This document shows, piece after piece, positions 20,360-30,713 of a DNA stretch of 64,000 bases; the first letter of the stretch is position 1, and the number at the start of each line of letters is the position of its first letter. The stretch comes from Candidatus Omnitrophota bacterium (lineage in GTDB: Bacteria; Omnitrophota; Gorgyraeia; Tantalellales; Tantalellaceae), in the NCBI GenBank assembly GCA_015231405.1, contig JADGBR010000007.1:40791-104790 (forward strand), in the 5' to 3' direction. Position numbers and translations under genes: made by a program. A model generated the notes under the pieces. It saw nothing but the letters and a program-made list of their open reading frames with translations. It had not been told where the DNA came from and did no database searches.

Positions 20360-21349
20360 ATGAACATTAAAGGCGGAAAATTCTTGGTTATAGGCGGTGC
20401 GGGGCTTATCGGATCTCACACTGTGGAAGAGTTGTTGAAAGAAGATGCGCGGGAAGTGATCGTTTATGATAATTTCGTAAGAGGATCGGAAGAAAACCTG
20501 GAAAAAGCGTTGAAGGATAAACGGTGCAGTGTTTTTGGCGCCGGGGGTGATATCCTTCAAACGGACATCCTCAATGCGGCCATGAAAGGGGTAGATGGTG
20601 TGTTTCATTTCGCCGCATTATGGCTTCTTCAGTGCTATGAATATCCCCGGGCCGCGTTCGATGTCAATATGAGAGGCACTTTTAATGTTCTGGAGTGCTG
20701 TGTAGCCAATGGTGTCAAGCGCCTTGTATATTCATCTTCGGCGTCAGTGTACGGTGACGCCCTATTTGAGCCTATGACGGAGGACCATCCATATAATAAC
20801 ACGACTTTTTATGGGGCGACAAAGATAGCTGGAGAGCATATGTGCCGCGCCTATTATCATAGATTCAATTTATCTTATTTGGGGCTGAGATATATGAATG
20901 TGTATGGTCCCCGGCAAGATTATAAAGGGGCGTATATTGCGGTGATCATGAAAATATTGGATAGACTTGACCAGGGTCTTGAACCTGTCCTGTTCGGTGA
21001 CGGGTCACAGGCATATGATTTTGTTTACGTAGGAGATTGCGCAAAAGCCAACATTTGCGCGATGTGTGCGGATAAAACCGATGTATTTTATAATGTTGGA
21101 ACTGGGACCAAGACCAATTTGAAAGAACTCGCTGAAATGCTGATAGAGCTGATTCAAGCGAAATGCAATATCCACTATGAGCCGGCGGGTAAAACATTTG
21201 TCAAGAATCGTATCGGTTGTTCTAAAAAAGCAGAAGGAGATATAGGATTCAAGGCGCAGGTTGGATTGGAAGAAGGACTTAGAAGGCTCATAGAGTGGAG
21301 AACATTGCATATTGAAACTGTCGCAAAAAAAAGGCAAAAAAATATATGA
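20360..21349 (+). CDS. NAD-dependent sugar epimerase/dehydratase (extended SDR)
   Basis: GGAGLIGSH Rossmann motif and YxxxK (YGATKIAGEHM). ATG 20360 with AGGAAGGGA RBS preferred over the ORF-track start. Confidence 0.8.
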   Translation: MNIKGGKFLVIGGAGLIGSHTVEELLKEDAREVIVYDNFVRGSEENLEKALKDKRCSVFGAGGDILQTDILNAAMKGVDGVFHFAALWLLQCYEYPRAAFDVNMRGTFNVLECCVANGVKRLVYSSSASVYGDALFEPMTEDHPYNNTTFYGATKIAGEHMCRAYYHRFNLSYLGLRYMNVYGPRQDYKGAYIAVIMKILDRLDQGLEPVLFGDGSQAYDFVYVGDCAKANICAMCADKTDVFYNVGTGTKTNLKELAEMLIELIQAKCNIHYEPAGKTFVKNRIGCSKKAEGDIGFKAQVGLEEGLRRLIEWRTLHIETVAKKRQKNI

Positions 21350-22542
21350 ATATGAAGATCCCGATAATTAGACATTCATTCGATGAAGCCGACAGGGAGA
21401 ACCTCTTGAAGCCGTTAGAGTCGGGTTGGCTGGTTCAGGGCCCTTATGTCGCCGAATTTGAAAGAATGTTTTGTCAGTTCACCGGCGCTAAATACGCCAA
21501 AGCGACTACAAGCTGCACAACGGCGTTGCATTTGGCGTTGGTGGCATTGGGTATAGGACCGGGAGATAAAGTCATAGTCCCTTCCTTTACATATGTGGCG
21601 TCAGCCAATGCAGTGGAATATACGGGGGCCGAGGTTGTCCTGTGCGATATCGATCTTAGAACATATAACATAGATGTCGAACGGGTACGGGATATATTGG
21701 AAAATGATAAGGGAAGGAGAATAAAAGCAGTAATGCCGGTAAATCTTTTTGGGCTCTCAGCCGATCTTGTGACGATCAAAGAATTGGCCGAAGAATATGG
21801 CATAGCGGTTATCGAGGACTCAGCGTGCGGAATAGGCGCGTCGATTCGGGGAAAACATTCCGGAACTTTTGGAGCGGTTGGATGCTTTTCTTTCCATCCG
21901 AGAAAAGTAATTACCACTGGAGAGGGCGGGATGTTGATAACCGATGACGAGAATATAGCTAGCAAGGTGTCCTCATTGCGGGACCATGGAGCGGAAAAGT
22001 CAGATCTCGCGAGGCACAAAGATAAAAGCGGATCTCTCCTGCCGGATTTCAACGACAGAGGGTATAACTATAGAATGACGGACATACAGGGTGCGTTGGG
22101 TGTCGCGCAAATGCGAAAGGCGGAAAATATTATTAAGGGAAGAGGGCTGGTGGCCGGACGCTATAATGAAAGCCTGGCAGGCATAGACAAGTTAAATATC
22201 CCTTATGTTCCCGAGGGGTATATTCACGGTTTTCAGTCCTATGTTTGTATTTATTCCGGGGGAGAGGATATAAATAATCTTACGATGGAAAAGATAGTTA
22301 AGCTTAACCGTGAGAGGAATCTATTGATGGAGAAATTAGAAGAGAAAGGAATAAGCACCAGACAAGGCACCCATGCAGTCCATACACTGGGATATTACAA
22401 GAAGAAGTTCGTATTTTCTGAGATGGATTATCCCGTGTCATTTGCCTGTGACCGGTTGAGTATAACTCTGCCGCTTTATTCAGACATGTCTGACGAGGAG
22501 TTTAATTACGTTATAACTAATATAACGGAAAGGTTGGCATAA
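21346..22542 (+). CDS. DegT/DnrJ/EryC1/StrS-family PLP-dependent sugar aminotransferase
   Basis: Typical DegT N-terminus (KYAKATTSCTTALHLAL) and PLP-lysine region (SFHPRKVITTGEGG). Confidence 0.8.
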   Translation: MNMKIPIIRHSFDEADRENLLKPLESGWLVQGPYVAEFERMFCQFTGAKYAKATTSCTTALHLALVALGIGPGDKVIVPSFTYVASANAVEYTGAEVVLCDIDLRTYNIDVERVRDILENDKGRRIKAVMPVNLFGLSADLVTIKELAEEYGIAVIEDSACGIGASIRGKHSGTFGAVGCFSFHPRKVITTGEGGMLITDDENIASKVSSLRDHGAEKSDLARHKDKSGSLLPDFNDRGYNYRMTDIQGALGVAQMRKAENIIKGRGLVAGRYNESLAGIDKLNIPYVPEGYIHGFQSYVCIYSGGEDINNLTMEKIVKLNRERNLLMEKLEEKGISTRQGTHAVHTLGYYKKKFVFSEMDYPVSFACDRLSITLPLYSDMSDEEFNYVITNITERLA

Positions 22543-24435
22543 ATGTGCGGGATCGTGGGATTTGTTAATTTGAACAGGGAAAAGGTCAATAAAGAAATAC
22601 TTTGGGAGATGACCGATTCCCTTTCGCACAGGGGCCCTGATGGGAGGGGAGTTTACACCGACAGGTATTTGGGGCTCGGGCATCGCCGTCTTTCAATAAT
22701 CGATCTGTCGGAAAAGGCGCATCAGCCCATGCTTGCCGATGGGGGTAGATATGCTATTAGTTATAACGGCGAAATTTATAATTTCAGGGAATTGCGCCGT
22801 GTTCTAGAACGCGGTGGAACTAAGTTCAATTCTCTTTCCGATACGGAAGTGTTATTGAGGTCATTTGCCCAATGGGGTACTGATTCGCTTGAAAAGTATA
22901 ATGGGATGTTCGCTTTCGCTTTTTGGGATAAAGAGAATACAACGCTTACGCTCGCAAGGGACAGGTACGGGATAAAACCGCTTTACTATTGGGAAAACAA
23001 AAAAGTATTCATGTTCGCATCTGAGATAAAGGCATTCTTAAAACATCCGGATTTCAAAGTCGGGATGGATCTAGAAGCGTTACTTGAATATTTTACTTTT
23101 CAAAATACGTTTACCTCAAAAACGCTTTTTAGCGGGGTGAATATCATACCTCCCGGGCATTATATCCAGGTCCGACTTCAGGAAAAGCCATGGATGAGAA
23201 GCGGGAAGTATTGGGATTTCTGTTTTAAAGAATCGAAGGATAAGAAGAGCCTGAAAGAATACATGGAAGAAGGGGACAGGTTGTTCAATCAGGCCGTTAA
23301 AAGACAGCTTGTAAGTGATGTGGAGATCGGGTCTTTTCTCAGCGGGGGAATAGATTCCGGTTCGATAACAGCCATCGCATCGCGGCACCTAAGTGAGTTG
23401 AAGACATTCTGTATCGGATTTGATCTCTCTTCCGCTGTCGGGTTGGAAAGGGCCTTTGATGAAAGGAAGAAAGCGGAACACATATCATATCTGTACCAGA
23501 CAGAACATTATGAGATGGTATTGAAATCCGGCGATATGAAAAAATGCCTTCCGGATGTTGTTTGGGGCCTTGAAGACCTGAGGCTCGGACAGAATTACCC
23601 CAATTATTACGCGTCAAAACTGGCCTCTAGTTTTGTAAAAGTGTGCTTGTCCGGGGCCGGTGGGGACGAATTATTCGGTGGATATCCATGGCGGTACTAC
23701 AGGACGCTCAAAAGTAATAGCTATGATGAGTATTCCGGAGCGTATTATGCGTATTGGCAGAGGCTGTTGGATGGCAAACTGTTAAGAAAATTATTTTCGC
23801 CGGTTTGGGAAAAAGTAAAGAACGTACATACGGAAGATATCTTCAAAAGGGTCTTGTCTGGCGCTAATACGGAAATCATTAATCCGGAAGATTATGTTAA
23901 CCATTCGCTTTATTTTGAGGCGAAAACGTTTTTACACGGCCTCCTCGTGGTTGACGATAGATTGAGCATGGCGAACGGCCTGGAAGTCAGGGTGCCGTTC
24001 CTCGATAATGATCTTGTGGATTTTGCCATGGAGCTTCCCGTCAGGATGAAGCTGAAAAACATCGATAACATATTGCGCATCGATGAGGATGACCTCGCGA
24101 AAAGATACAGGTATTTCAATAAGACCCGTGACGGGAAAATATTGCTGAGGAAAATATTAAGTAAATACATAGGAGAGGGTAGCGCCAAGCAATATAAGCA
24201 AGGGTTTAGCGGTCCGGATTCAAGCTGGTTTAAAGGTGAAAGTATTAGATATGTCAGGGAAACTCTCTTGAATAAGGGAGCGGAATTGTATAATTATCTT
24301 GATTATTCCACCGTTGAAACATTAATTAATGAACATATCAGCGGAAAGGTCAATAGACGGTTGCTTATCTGGTCGTTTTTGAGCGTAGAGATCTGGCTTA
24401 AGGTATTTAAGAACAAGGAGTATAACAAGACATGA
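22543..24435 (+). CDS. asnB: Asparagine synthase (glutamine-hydrolysing)-family amidotransferase, copy 1 (glycan-associated, WbpS-like)
   Basis: N-terminal MCGIVG Ntn nucleophile and SGGIDS PP-loop; 630 aa. Confidence 0.85.
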   Translation: MCGIVGFVNLNREKVNKEILWEMTDSLSHRGPDGRGVYTDRYLGLGHRRLSIIDLSEKAHQPMLADGGRYAISYNGEIYNFRELRRVLERGGTKFNSLSDTEVLLRSFAQWGTDSLEKYNGMFAFAFWDKENTTLTLARDRYGIKPLYYWENKKVFMFASEIKAFLKHPDFKVGMDLEALLEYFTFQNTFTSKTLFSGVNIIPPGHYIQVRLQEKPWMRSGKYWDFCFKESKDKKSLKEYMEEGDRLFNQAVKRQLVSDVEIGSFLSGGIDSGSITAIASRHLSELKTFCIGFDLSSAVGLERAFDERKKAEHISYLYQTEHYEMVLKSGDMKKCLPDVVWGLEDLRLGQNYPNYYASKLASSFVKVCLSGAGGDELFGGYPWRYYRTLKSNSYDEYSGAYYAYWQRLLDGKLLRKLFSPVWEKVKNVHTEDIFKRVLSGANTEIINPEDYVNHSLYFEAKTFLHGLLVVDDRLSMANGLEVRVPFLDNDLVDFAMELPVRMKLKNIDNILRIDEDDLAKRYRYFNKTRDGKILLRKILSKYIGEGSAKQYKQGFSGPDSSWFKGESIRYVRETLLNKGAELYNYLDYSTVETLINEHISGKVNRRLLIWSFLSVEIWLKVFKNKEYNKT

Positions 24436-25502
24436 GAAAGGGATTGGACCGCTATGTTGATCCATTTTCAGGAGAAAGATTAACGCTGAAATCTTCCGAG
24501 GAGAAAAGTGGTCATGTTATTTCAGGAACACTTTCATCATCGAAGAAGGTTTATCCGGTTATTTCCGGTATCCCGCGTTTTGTCGATAAGCCTTTCTATG
24601 AAAAGCTTAATGTGCGCAACGGTGAAACCCAGACGGCGGGATCTTTTGGCAATAAATGGCGGGAAAAGAGATTTGGTGAACTGAAGTCAGCAGATATTTC
24701 CGGGCTAAGGCAACAAATGATCGCCGTACTGGGTTGTCATAGTGAATCCGGGATGAGGAAGGTGTTTAAAAAGGTCCGTAGAACGCTGAACGCCGGATGC
24801 GGGGTGGCGTGGTCAGAGCAGTACGTTAATTATTGTCCGGAAACGGAACGGCATTGTTTTGATGTAAGTTTATCGGTAGAGGCCGCTTACAAGGCTACAA
24901 AGGGGCTCGGTAACGTTATTATAGCCCAAGCTTCAATATTTGAAATTCCATATCCCGATAATTTCTTCGATATAGTATATTCGATCGGAGTGGTCCACCA
25001 TACGCCTGATCCTGAAAGAGCCTTTTATTGTTTAGCTGATAAAGTTAAGCCAGGCGGGATCTTAGGTATATATATCTATAACGTTAAGCCGTTCATGCGG
25101 GAAATACTGGATGAAAATCTCAGGAAACTCACAACAAAAATGTCATACGGTGAATGCATGAAGTATTCCAGGGATCTGGCAAAACTTGGTAAGGCGCTCA
25201 GAAAAATAAAGAAGCCGCTAATGATCCATGATGATCTATCCTCTTTGGGTATTAAAAAAGGAGAATACTCCGTTCATGGGTTTATCTATGACCATATTGT
25301 GAAATGCTGGTATAACGACGCTAATGGGGAAGAATATTCGGCTTTGATAAATCAGGATTGGTATCATCCGACCTATGCAAGCCATCATACAAAGAAGGAG
25401 ATTGAAGGCTGGTTCAAAAAAGCACGGATGAAAAAGATCTTATTTATTCAGCCAAAAGGGTGGGAATACAGCGGATATTTTGTGTCTGGGAGAAAAGAAT
25501 GA
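24432..25502 (+). CDS. Class I SAM-dependent methyltransferase
   Basis: Motif I LNAGCGVAW and IVYSIGVVHHTPDP; 356 aa. Confidence 0.6.
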   Translation: MRKGLDRYVDPFSGERLTLKSSEEKSGHVISGTLSSSKKVYPVISGIPRFVDKPFYEKLNVRNGETQTAGSFGNKWREKRFGELKSADISGLRQQMIAVLGCHSESGMRKVFKKVRRTLNAGCGVAWSEQYVNYCPETERHCFDVSLSVEAAYKATKGLGNVIIAQASIFEIPYPDNFFDIVYSIGVVHHTPDPERAFYCLADKVKPGGILGIYIYNVKPFMREILDENLRKLTTKMSYGECMKYSRDLAKLGKALRKIKKPLMIHDDLSSLGIKKGEYSVHGFIYDHIVKCWYNDANGEEYSALINQDWYHPTYASHHTKKEIEGWFKKARMKKILFIQPKGWEYSGYFVSGRKE

Positions 25503-25527
25503 ACATTGAAATATTGCGGAGGCGGGT

Positions 25528-26079
25528 ATGAATGCTGATGAATTGATCGGGGCCCATATGATATTGAGGGATAAGATCAAGAAGGAATTCAAAAGGGTAT
25601 TGCCATTTGGCGATGAAATATCTGACCGGTGGGAAAAAGCGAGATACTTGGGGTTTGGGGAAGGTTCGAGCATATATGATTCATCTGTCGTGCTTGGTGA
25701 TGTCGTGGTGAAGGAAAATACATGGATAGGGCCATATACTGTCTTGGACGGCGAGGGTGGGTTGGTGATAGGAGCAAATTGTTCTGTCTCGGCAGGAGTC
25801 CAAATATACACCCATGATAGCGTTAAATGGGCAGTTTCCGGGGGTCGGCATCCTTACGAACATGCCCCGGTGAAGATCGGGGATTGCTGCTATATCGGTC
25901 CAAACACAATTATCCGGAAAGGGATAACTATAGGAGATCATTGCGTTATTGGTGCGAACAGCTATGTGAACCGTGATATACCTGGCTTTTCGATCGCTTT
26001 TGGCTCGCCTTGCGAACCGGTTGGGACGGTCGTGATCTCGGAAGGCGGTGGTGTCGAATTCCATTACAACAGGAAATAG
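25528..26079 (+). CDS. Hexapeptide-repeat acyl/acetyltransferase (WbbJ/maltose-O-acetyltransferase-like)
   Basis: LbH repeats ([39 protein letters not shown]). Confidence 0.65.
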   Translation: MNADELIGAHMILRDKIKKEFKRVLPFGDEISDRWEKARYLGFGEGSSIYDSSVVLGDVVVKENTWIGPYTVLDGEGGLVIGANCSVSAGVQIYTHDSVKWAVSGGRHPYEHAPVKIGDCCYIGPNTIIRKGITIGDHCVIGANSYVNRDIPGFSIAFGSPCEPVGTVVISEGGGVEFHYNRK

Positions 26080-26083
26080 CCGG

Positions 26084-27139
26084 ATGATATCAGATAAAAT
26101 GAGAATATTTCATGGAGTGATGGATATAGGCGGATTAGGGCATATCTTGTCAAAATACCAGCGTGGGCAGGGGTATTATTCCCAGTTCTTTACGTATAAA
26201 AGCAACCGTTATTTTCAGAATGCCGATAAAAATTTGGGCTTGGATCAAAATAGCGTCTTTGTTAATTTTTTTATTGTAATTGGGTTTTTTGTCAAATGCT
26301 TGTTTGCGTACGATATCTTCCACTTTTACTACGGGAGATCTTTCTTTCGTTTGGGAATTGATCTGCCTGTCCTGAAAGTATTCGGGAAGAAATTGGTCAT
26401 GACATATTGTGGTTCTGAGATACGGTTATATAAGGATGTCGAATTGAAAAGAAATCCATTCGCTAATTTGCTGAATAGCGGTGACGATCGACAGGAATTA
26501 GATACGCGGAAAAAGCTCGTGATGTGGTGGCAGAATCTATGGATCGATAAATTCTTTGCGATAAGGGATCTTTATAAGCACGCATTAACGGTTATTCCGG
26601 ATAAAAAAATAATCAGGGAGATCTCCATAAACAGCATATTAGATATTGAGCCTTTTTATCCGTCATACATATTCAATAAGACCCCTGTTCTCGTACATGC
26701 GCCGACAGATCCGTTGGTGAAAGGATCACGATATGTGGATAAGGGGATCGATGAGCTAAGATCCGAGGGTTACATATTTAAGTACATCAGGCTTAAAAAC
26801 GTGACGAACATAGAAGCTAAAAGAATATACAAGGAAGCGGATATTATAATAGATCAGTTACTGATCGGAGCACATGGAGTGCTGGCCATTGAGGGTATGT
26901 ATTACGGGAAACCGGTGTTTTGTTATCTGACAGATGATTTTGTTATGGATAATCGGGGTTGTCCGGTTGTTAACTGTAATATAGATACTTTTAAGGATAA
27001 ATTGGCATGGCTGCTGGATCACCCCGAAGAAATGGTCCGGATCGGTAAGGAAGGCCGTGCCTATGTCGAGAAGAATTATGATCCCGCGGAAATCAATGCG
27101 AAAGTGGTTGAATTATATCGAGAGATGTATGAGCGTTGA
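26084..27139 (+). CDS. Putative GT-B glycosyltransferase (GT1/GT4-like C-terminal half); N-terminal half unrecognised
   Basis: C-terminal E-x-G...G-x-PV pattern (GVLAIEGMYYGKPVF). ATG 26084 with AGGAAA RBS. Confidence 0.3.
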   Translation: MISDKMRIFHGVMDIGGLGHILSKYQRGQGYYSQFFTYKSNRYFQNADKNLGLDQNSVFVNFFIVIGFFVKCLFAYDIFHFYYGRSFFRLGIDLPVLKVFGKKLVMTYCGSEIRLYKDVELKRNPFANLLNSGDDRQELDTRKKLVMWWQNLWIDKFFAIRDLYKHALTVIPDKKIIREISINSILDIEPFYPSYIFNKTPVLVHAPTDPLVKGSRYVDKGIDELRSEGYIFKYIRLKNVTNIEAKRIYKEADIIIDQLLIGAHGVLAIEGMYYGKPVFCYLTDDFVMDNRGCPVVNCNIDTFKDKLAWLLDHPEEMVRIGKEGRAYVEKNYDPAEINAKVVELYREMYER

Positions 27140-27249
27140 TACCGTTCCGTAATACTGAACCGTTCAGGCTATCGGCCGAATAACCGACCCCCGATCGATA
27201 GCTGTCGGGTAGTCTGTTCTGCCTGTATTAACTCGAAAACGCGAAAGAT

Positions 27250-28707
27250 ATGGCTTTAGTCAAGGATACATTCTATTATTCTCTGTCTTTCTGGGGAAAA
27301 CAATTAACCGGGTTGTTATTGGCTCCTGTCGCGGTCTTGTATTTCTCTCCAGTAGATTATGGTTATATGAGCTTGGTTAACTCTGTCGCACAGTTTTGTT
27401 CGATTTTGGGATTACTGGGGATAACGGACCAGGGGTTGCCGAGATTTTACCTGGGGGCTGACAATGAGAGCGATAAAAAGGAATATGTAAGTTCTGCATA
27501 TTACGTAAGTTTTTACGGGTTAACTATCGTTTTAATAGGCATATTTTCGCTTCTCCCTTTCGTGCAAAATATTTTTGGTGAAGTCGGCAAACCGCATATT
27601 TTCGTCGCGCTTTTAGCGTTAACGTATTTGGGGCAATGCTTGTTCTCCGTGGGCACTAATATGCTTAAATGGAGTTTTAAATCATTCATGTTCATGAAAG
27701 TTGTCATGCTCCAGGCGATAACCTGTTCGATAGTGAATATCGCAGGAATAGTGTTCCTTGGGTGGGGGGTACGGCCTGTAGTTCTTGTTAGCGCGTTGGG
27801 CACACTGCTGGCAGGAATATTTTCGAATGTAATAAATAAAGACCAAATTGGTCTATCTTTCGTGAACAGAGCTAAGATAAAGGAATTACTTCTTTACTCG
27901 TGGCCTTTGCTGGGCTTAAATGTATTCGCTTTTTTTACGCGTTCGTTTGATCGAGTCTTTCTCGCAAAGTATGATTCATTAAGTTCTGTGGGGGTCTATT
28001 CGGTATCTTTTCTGGTGGCAAATTTATTCGGAGCGCTGATAAGCGGGTTGTTATTCGCCTGGGGCCCGCATTTATTCTCGACCTATAAGGAGGACTGGGC
28101 ACCGAAACAGTACGCTAATATTTTTGGCTTTGTCACAGTAGTGAGCGTTATAAATATCGCAGTTCTTGGTTTATGGGGAGAGCCGCTTATCGCGTTGCTG
28201 CGCCCGGATGGGATATATGATCAAATAGGGGTTCTGATACCCTGGCTGGTAGCGGCGATGGCTTTGTACTATTTAGGCGGGTATTTCTCGCCAGGTCCGG
28301 ATATAGCAAAGAAAACCCATTTGAAATTTATCGCTTTTGTGTGTGGGGGTATAACTAACGTCATTTTAAATTTTATTATGGTTCCGAGATATGGTTGTAT
28401 CGGGGCGGCAATGGCATCGGCAGCCGCCAGCCTAATAGCCGCGGTCTGTATCCAGGTTGTTTCAAATCGGTATTATTATGTTCCAAACCGTTGGAAAATG
28501 TCTTTTTTGTATATCATTGTTGTAACGGTTATCGTATCGGCGGTACAGAACAGGGCACTTGCTCTTTATCCAGGGGAGCTATCTATTATGCTCAGAATTG
28601 TTCTTACTGTTGCGCTAAGTGTCTTTGCAGTTTTACTTTTCTGGAGTGAACTTGTCAGGTCCGGGTTAATAACAAGGTCCTTTTCTATGCTAATTAACCT
28701 AAAATAA
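27250..28707 (+). CDS. wzx: Polysaccharide-unit flippase, MOP superfamily (Wzx-like)
   Basis: 485 aa with ~12-14 hydrophobic segments throughout; Wzx-like length and topology. Confidence 0.65.
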   Translation: MALVKDTFYYSLSFWGKQLTGLLLAPVAVLYFSPVDYGYMSLVNSVAQFCSILGLLGITDQGLPRFYLGADNESDKKEYVSSAYYVSFYGLTIVLIGIFSLLPFVQNIFGEVGKPHIFVALLALTYLGQCLFSVGTNMLKWSFKSFMFMKVVMLQAITCSIVNIAGIVFLGWGVRPVVLVSALGTLLAGIFSNVINKDQIGLSFVNRAKIKELLLYSWPLLGLNVFAFFTRSFDRVFLAKYDSLSSVGVYSVSFLVANLFGALISGLLFAWGPHLFSTYKEDWAPKQYANIFGFVTVVSVINIAVLGLWGEPLIALLRPDGIYDQIGVLIPWLVAAMALYYLGGYFSPGPDIAKKTHLKFIAFVCGGITNVILNFIMVPRYGCIGAAMASAAASLIAAVCIQVVSNRYYYVPNRWKMSFLYIIVVTVIVSAVQNRALALYPGELSIMLRIVLTVALSVFAVLLFWSELVRSGLITRSFSMLINLK

Positions 28708-28720
28708 CTGGTTGGATAAA

Positions 28721-30688
28721 ATGTGCGGGATAGCGGGAATCTATTCACCGGAGATATTGCAGAAACCATCTGGCATAATAGCTATGACAACGGCTATGCG
28801 GCACAGAGGGCCTGATGATGAGGGTTATCTTGCGGTCGATCTTAATGGTTGTCGTGCTGATCTGTTGGCTGGTAACGATACGAAAAGATCCTGTCCTATG
28901 ATATGTGATCACAAGGGGCGGGTCGATATGTATTTGGGACACCGGAGATTATCGATACTTGATCTTTCAACCGCAGGTCATCAGCCGATGTCGAACCATG
29001 ACGGGTCACTATGGATCGTTTATAACGGTGAGATCTATAATTATCTTGAATTACGCGAGGAGTTATCCGGATCCGGGTATTCATTTCGAAGCGAAACAGA
29101 TACTGAAGTTATTATAGCGGCATATGAACGTTGGGGGAGCGGATGCCTGGATAGGTTCAACGGGATGTGGTCTTTCGTCATCTTTGATTCGCGTAAGCGG
29201 GGCTTGTTCGGGGCTCGGGATAGGTTCGGGGTAAAACCTTTTTACTATTACATTAACAACAAAGTATTCGCGTTCGCTTCTGAGATAAAAGCCCTGCTCA
29301 AATTGCCCTTCATGGAACGCCGTATCAATAGAGAAGCCGCTTTTGATTATCTTGTCATGAATCGTGAGGAAGTATCCGAGGAAACGATGTTCAAGGGGAT
29401 ATTCGAGTTGCCTCCGGCGCATTACTTTGAATTCGACCTAAAAGCCTCTAATTTCAGGAAACATCGTTATTTTGATCTGGAATGTGCCGCCGGGTGGGAA
29501 GATGTTCGTCCCGAGAAAATGGAGGCGTATGTCGGTAATGTACGTGAAATGACGAAAAAAGCCGTTAGGATGCGGCTGAGATCAGATGTACCTGTGGGTA
29601 CCTGTTTGAGCGGGGGGATAGACAGTTCAAGTATAGCGTCGATAATCAATGATCTTCTCAGAAAGGAGGATATCCGATCGGTCGGGAATTCGCATAACAC
29701 CTTCACGGCATGCTATCGTCATGCCATGATTGATGAAAGCAAATGGGCTAGGTTAGTGGGAGATGTTTCGGGGTCAAAATGGCATAGGGTATATCCTGAT
29801 GCGGAAGGTCTAAAGAGAGATATTGAAGATATGGTATATACGCAGGATACCCCTTTCGGATCAACGTCCATTTATGCGCAATATTGCGTGATGCGTCTCG
29901 CTGCAGAGGCCAAGATAACTGTATTGCTGGACGGGCAGGGTGGAGATGAATTGTTCGGGGGATATACGAATTATTATAGGCCGTTTTTTGCGGAGATCAT
30001 ACGAAATTTCCGTGTGGGGAGGTTTTTGCGAGAATTGTTAAATATGGGTAATTCGCCGCTAGGCATGGACGAGTTGATCAGCTCGGGTTTATTCAGGATA
30101 TTATCCAAGGCTATTCCAATACGCCTAGTCGCGAGGTCGGGAAGAAATACTTCGCTCGGATACTTCGAGAAAGATTTCAATGATGAATATAAATACAAGT
30201 GGGATGAGGAAAGATCAGATCATTATGGTTCGTTGAACAAAGTGCTGCGGTATCATATGGCTGAAGTAGGGCTCAAAAGCCTTTTGAGGTATGAGGATAG
30301 GAATTCCATGAGGTTTTCCATTGAGGCTAGAACGCCATTTGCTGATGATATCGATCTGATCAGGTATGTATTTTCTATTAGCTCCGGTTATAAGATCCGT
30401 AACGGGTGGAGTAAATATCTGCTTCGCGCGGGGATGTCTGGAATTCTGCAGGAATCTATACGGTGGAGGAAAGATAAAATAGGGTTTGCCACCCCGGAAT
30501 ACGAGTGGCTCATATTGCTTAAGGAGCGGCTGAGATCATATATTACGGAGGAATTAGATGAGTACTGTGACGTAAAGGCTATTAAAAATGATTGGGATAA
30601 TATTATGCTTACTCAAGATAAGACAAGGTTGAGAGAAGTCTGGCGTATTATCTTTTTTGCGATATGGAAAAAAGTATTTAACTTATAA
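28721..30688 (+). CDS. asnB: Asparagine synthase (glutamine-hydrolysing)-family amidotransferase, copy 2
   Basis: MCGIAG at the N-terminus after ATG 28721, and SGGIDSS PP-loop. Confidence 0.85.
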   Translation: MCGIAGIYSPEILQKPSGIIAMTTAMRHRGPDDEGYLAVDLNGCRADLLAGNDTKRSCPMICDHKGRVDMYLGHRRLSILDLSTAGHQPMSNHDGSLWIVYNGEIYNYLELREELSGSGYSFRSETDTEVIIAAYERWGSGCLDRFNGMWSFVIFDSRKRGLFGARDRFGVKPFYYYINNKVFAFASEIKALLKLPFMERRINREAAFDYLVMNREEVSEETMFKGIFELPPAHYFEFDLKASNFRKHRYFDLECAAGWEDVRPEKMEAYVGNVREMTKKAVRMRLRSDVPVGTCLSGGIDSSSIASIINDLLRKEDIRSVGNSHNTFTACYRHAMIDESKWARLVGDVSGSKWHRVYPDAEGLKRDIEDMVYTQDTPFGSTSIYAQYCVMRLAAEAKITVLLDGQGGDELFGGYTNYYRPFFAEIIRNFRVGRFLRELLNMGNSPLGMDELISSGLFRILSKAIPIRLVARSGRNTSLGYFEKDFNDEYKYKWDEERSDHYGSLNKVLRYHMAEVGLKSLLRYEDRNSMRFSIEARTPFADDIDLIRYVFSISSGYKIRNGWSKYLLRAGMSGILQESIRWRKDKIGFATPEYEWLILLKERLRSYITEELDEYCDVKAIKNDWDNIMLTQDKTRLREVWRIIFFAIWKKVFNL

Positions 30689-30713
30689 ATGTGAATAAAT
30701 AACGGAAATTGTA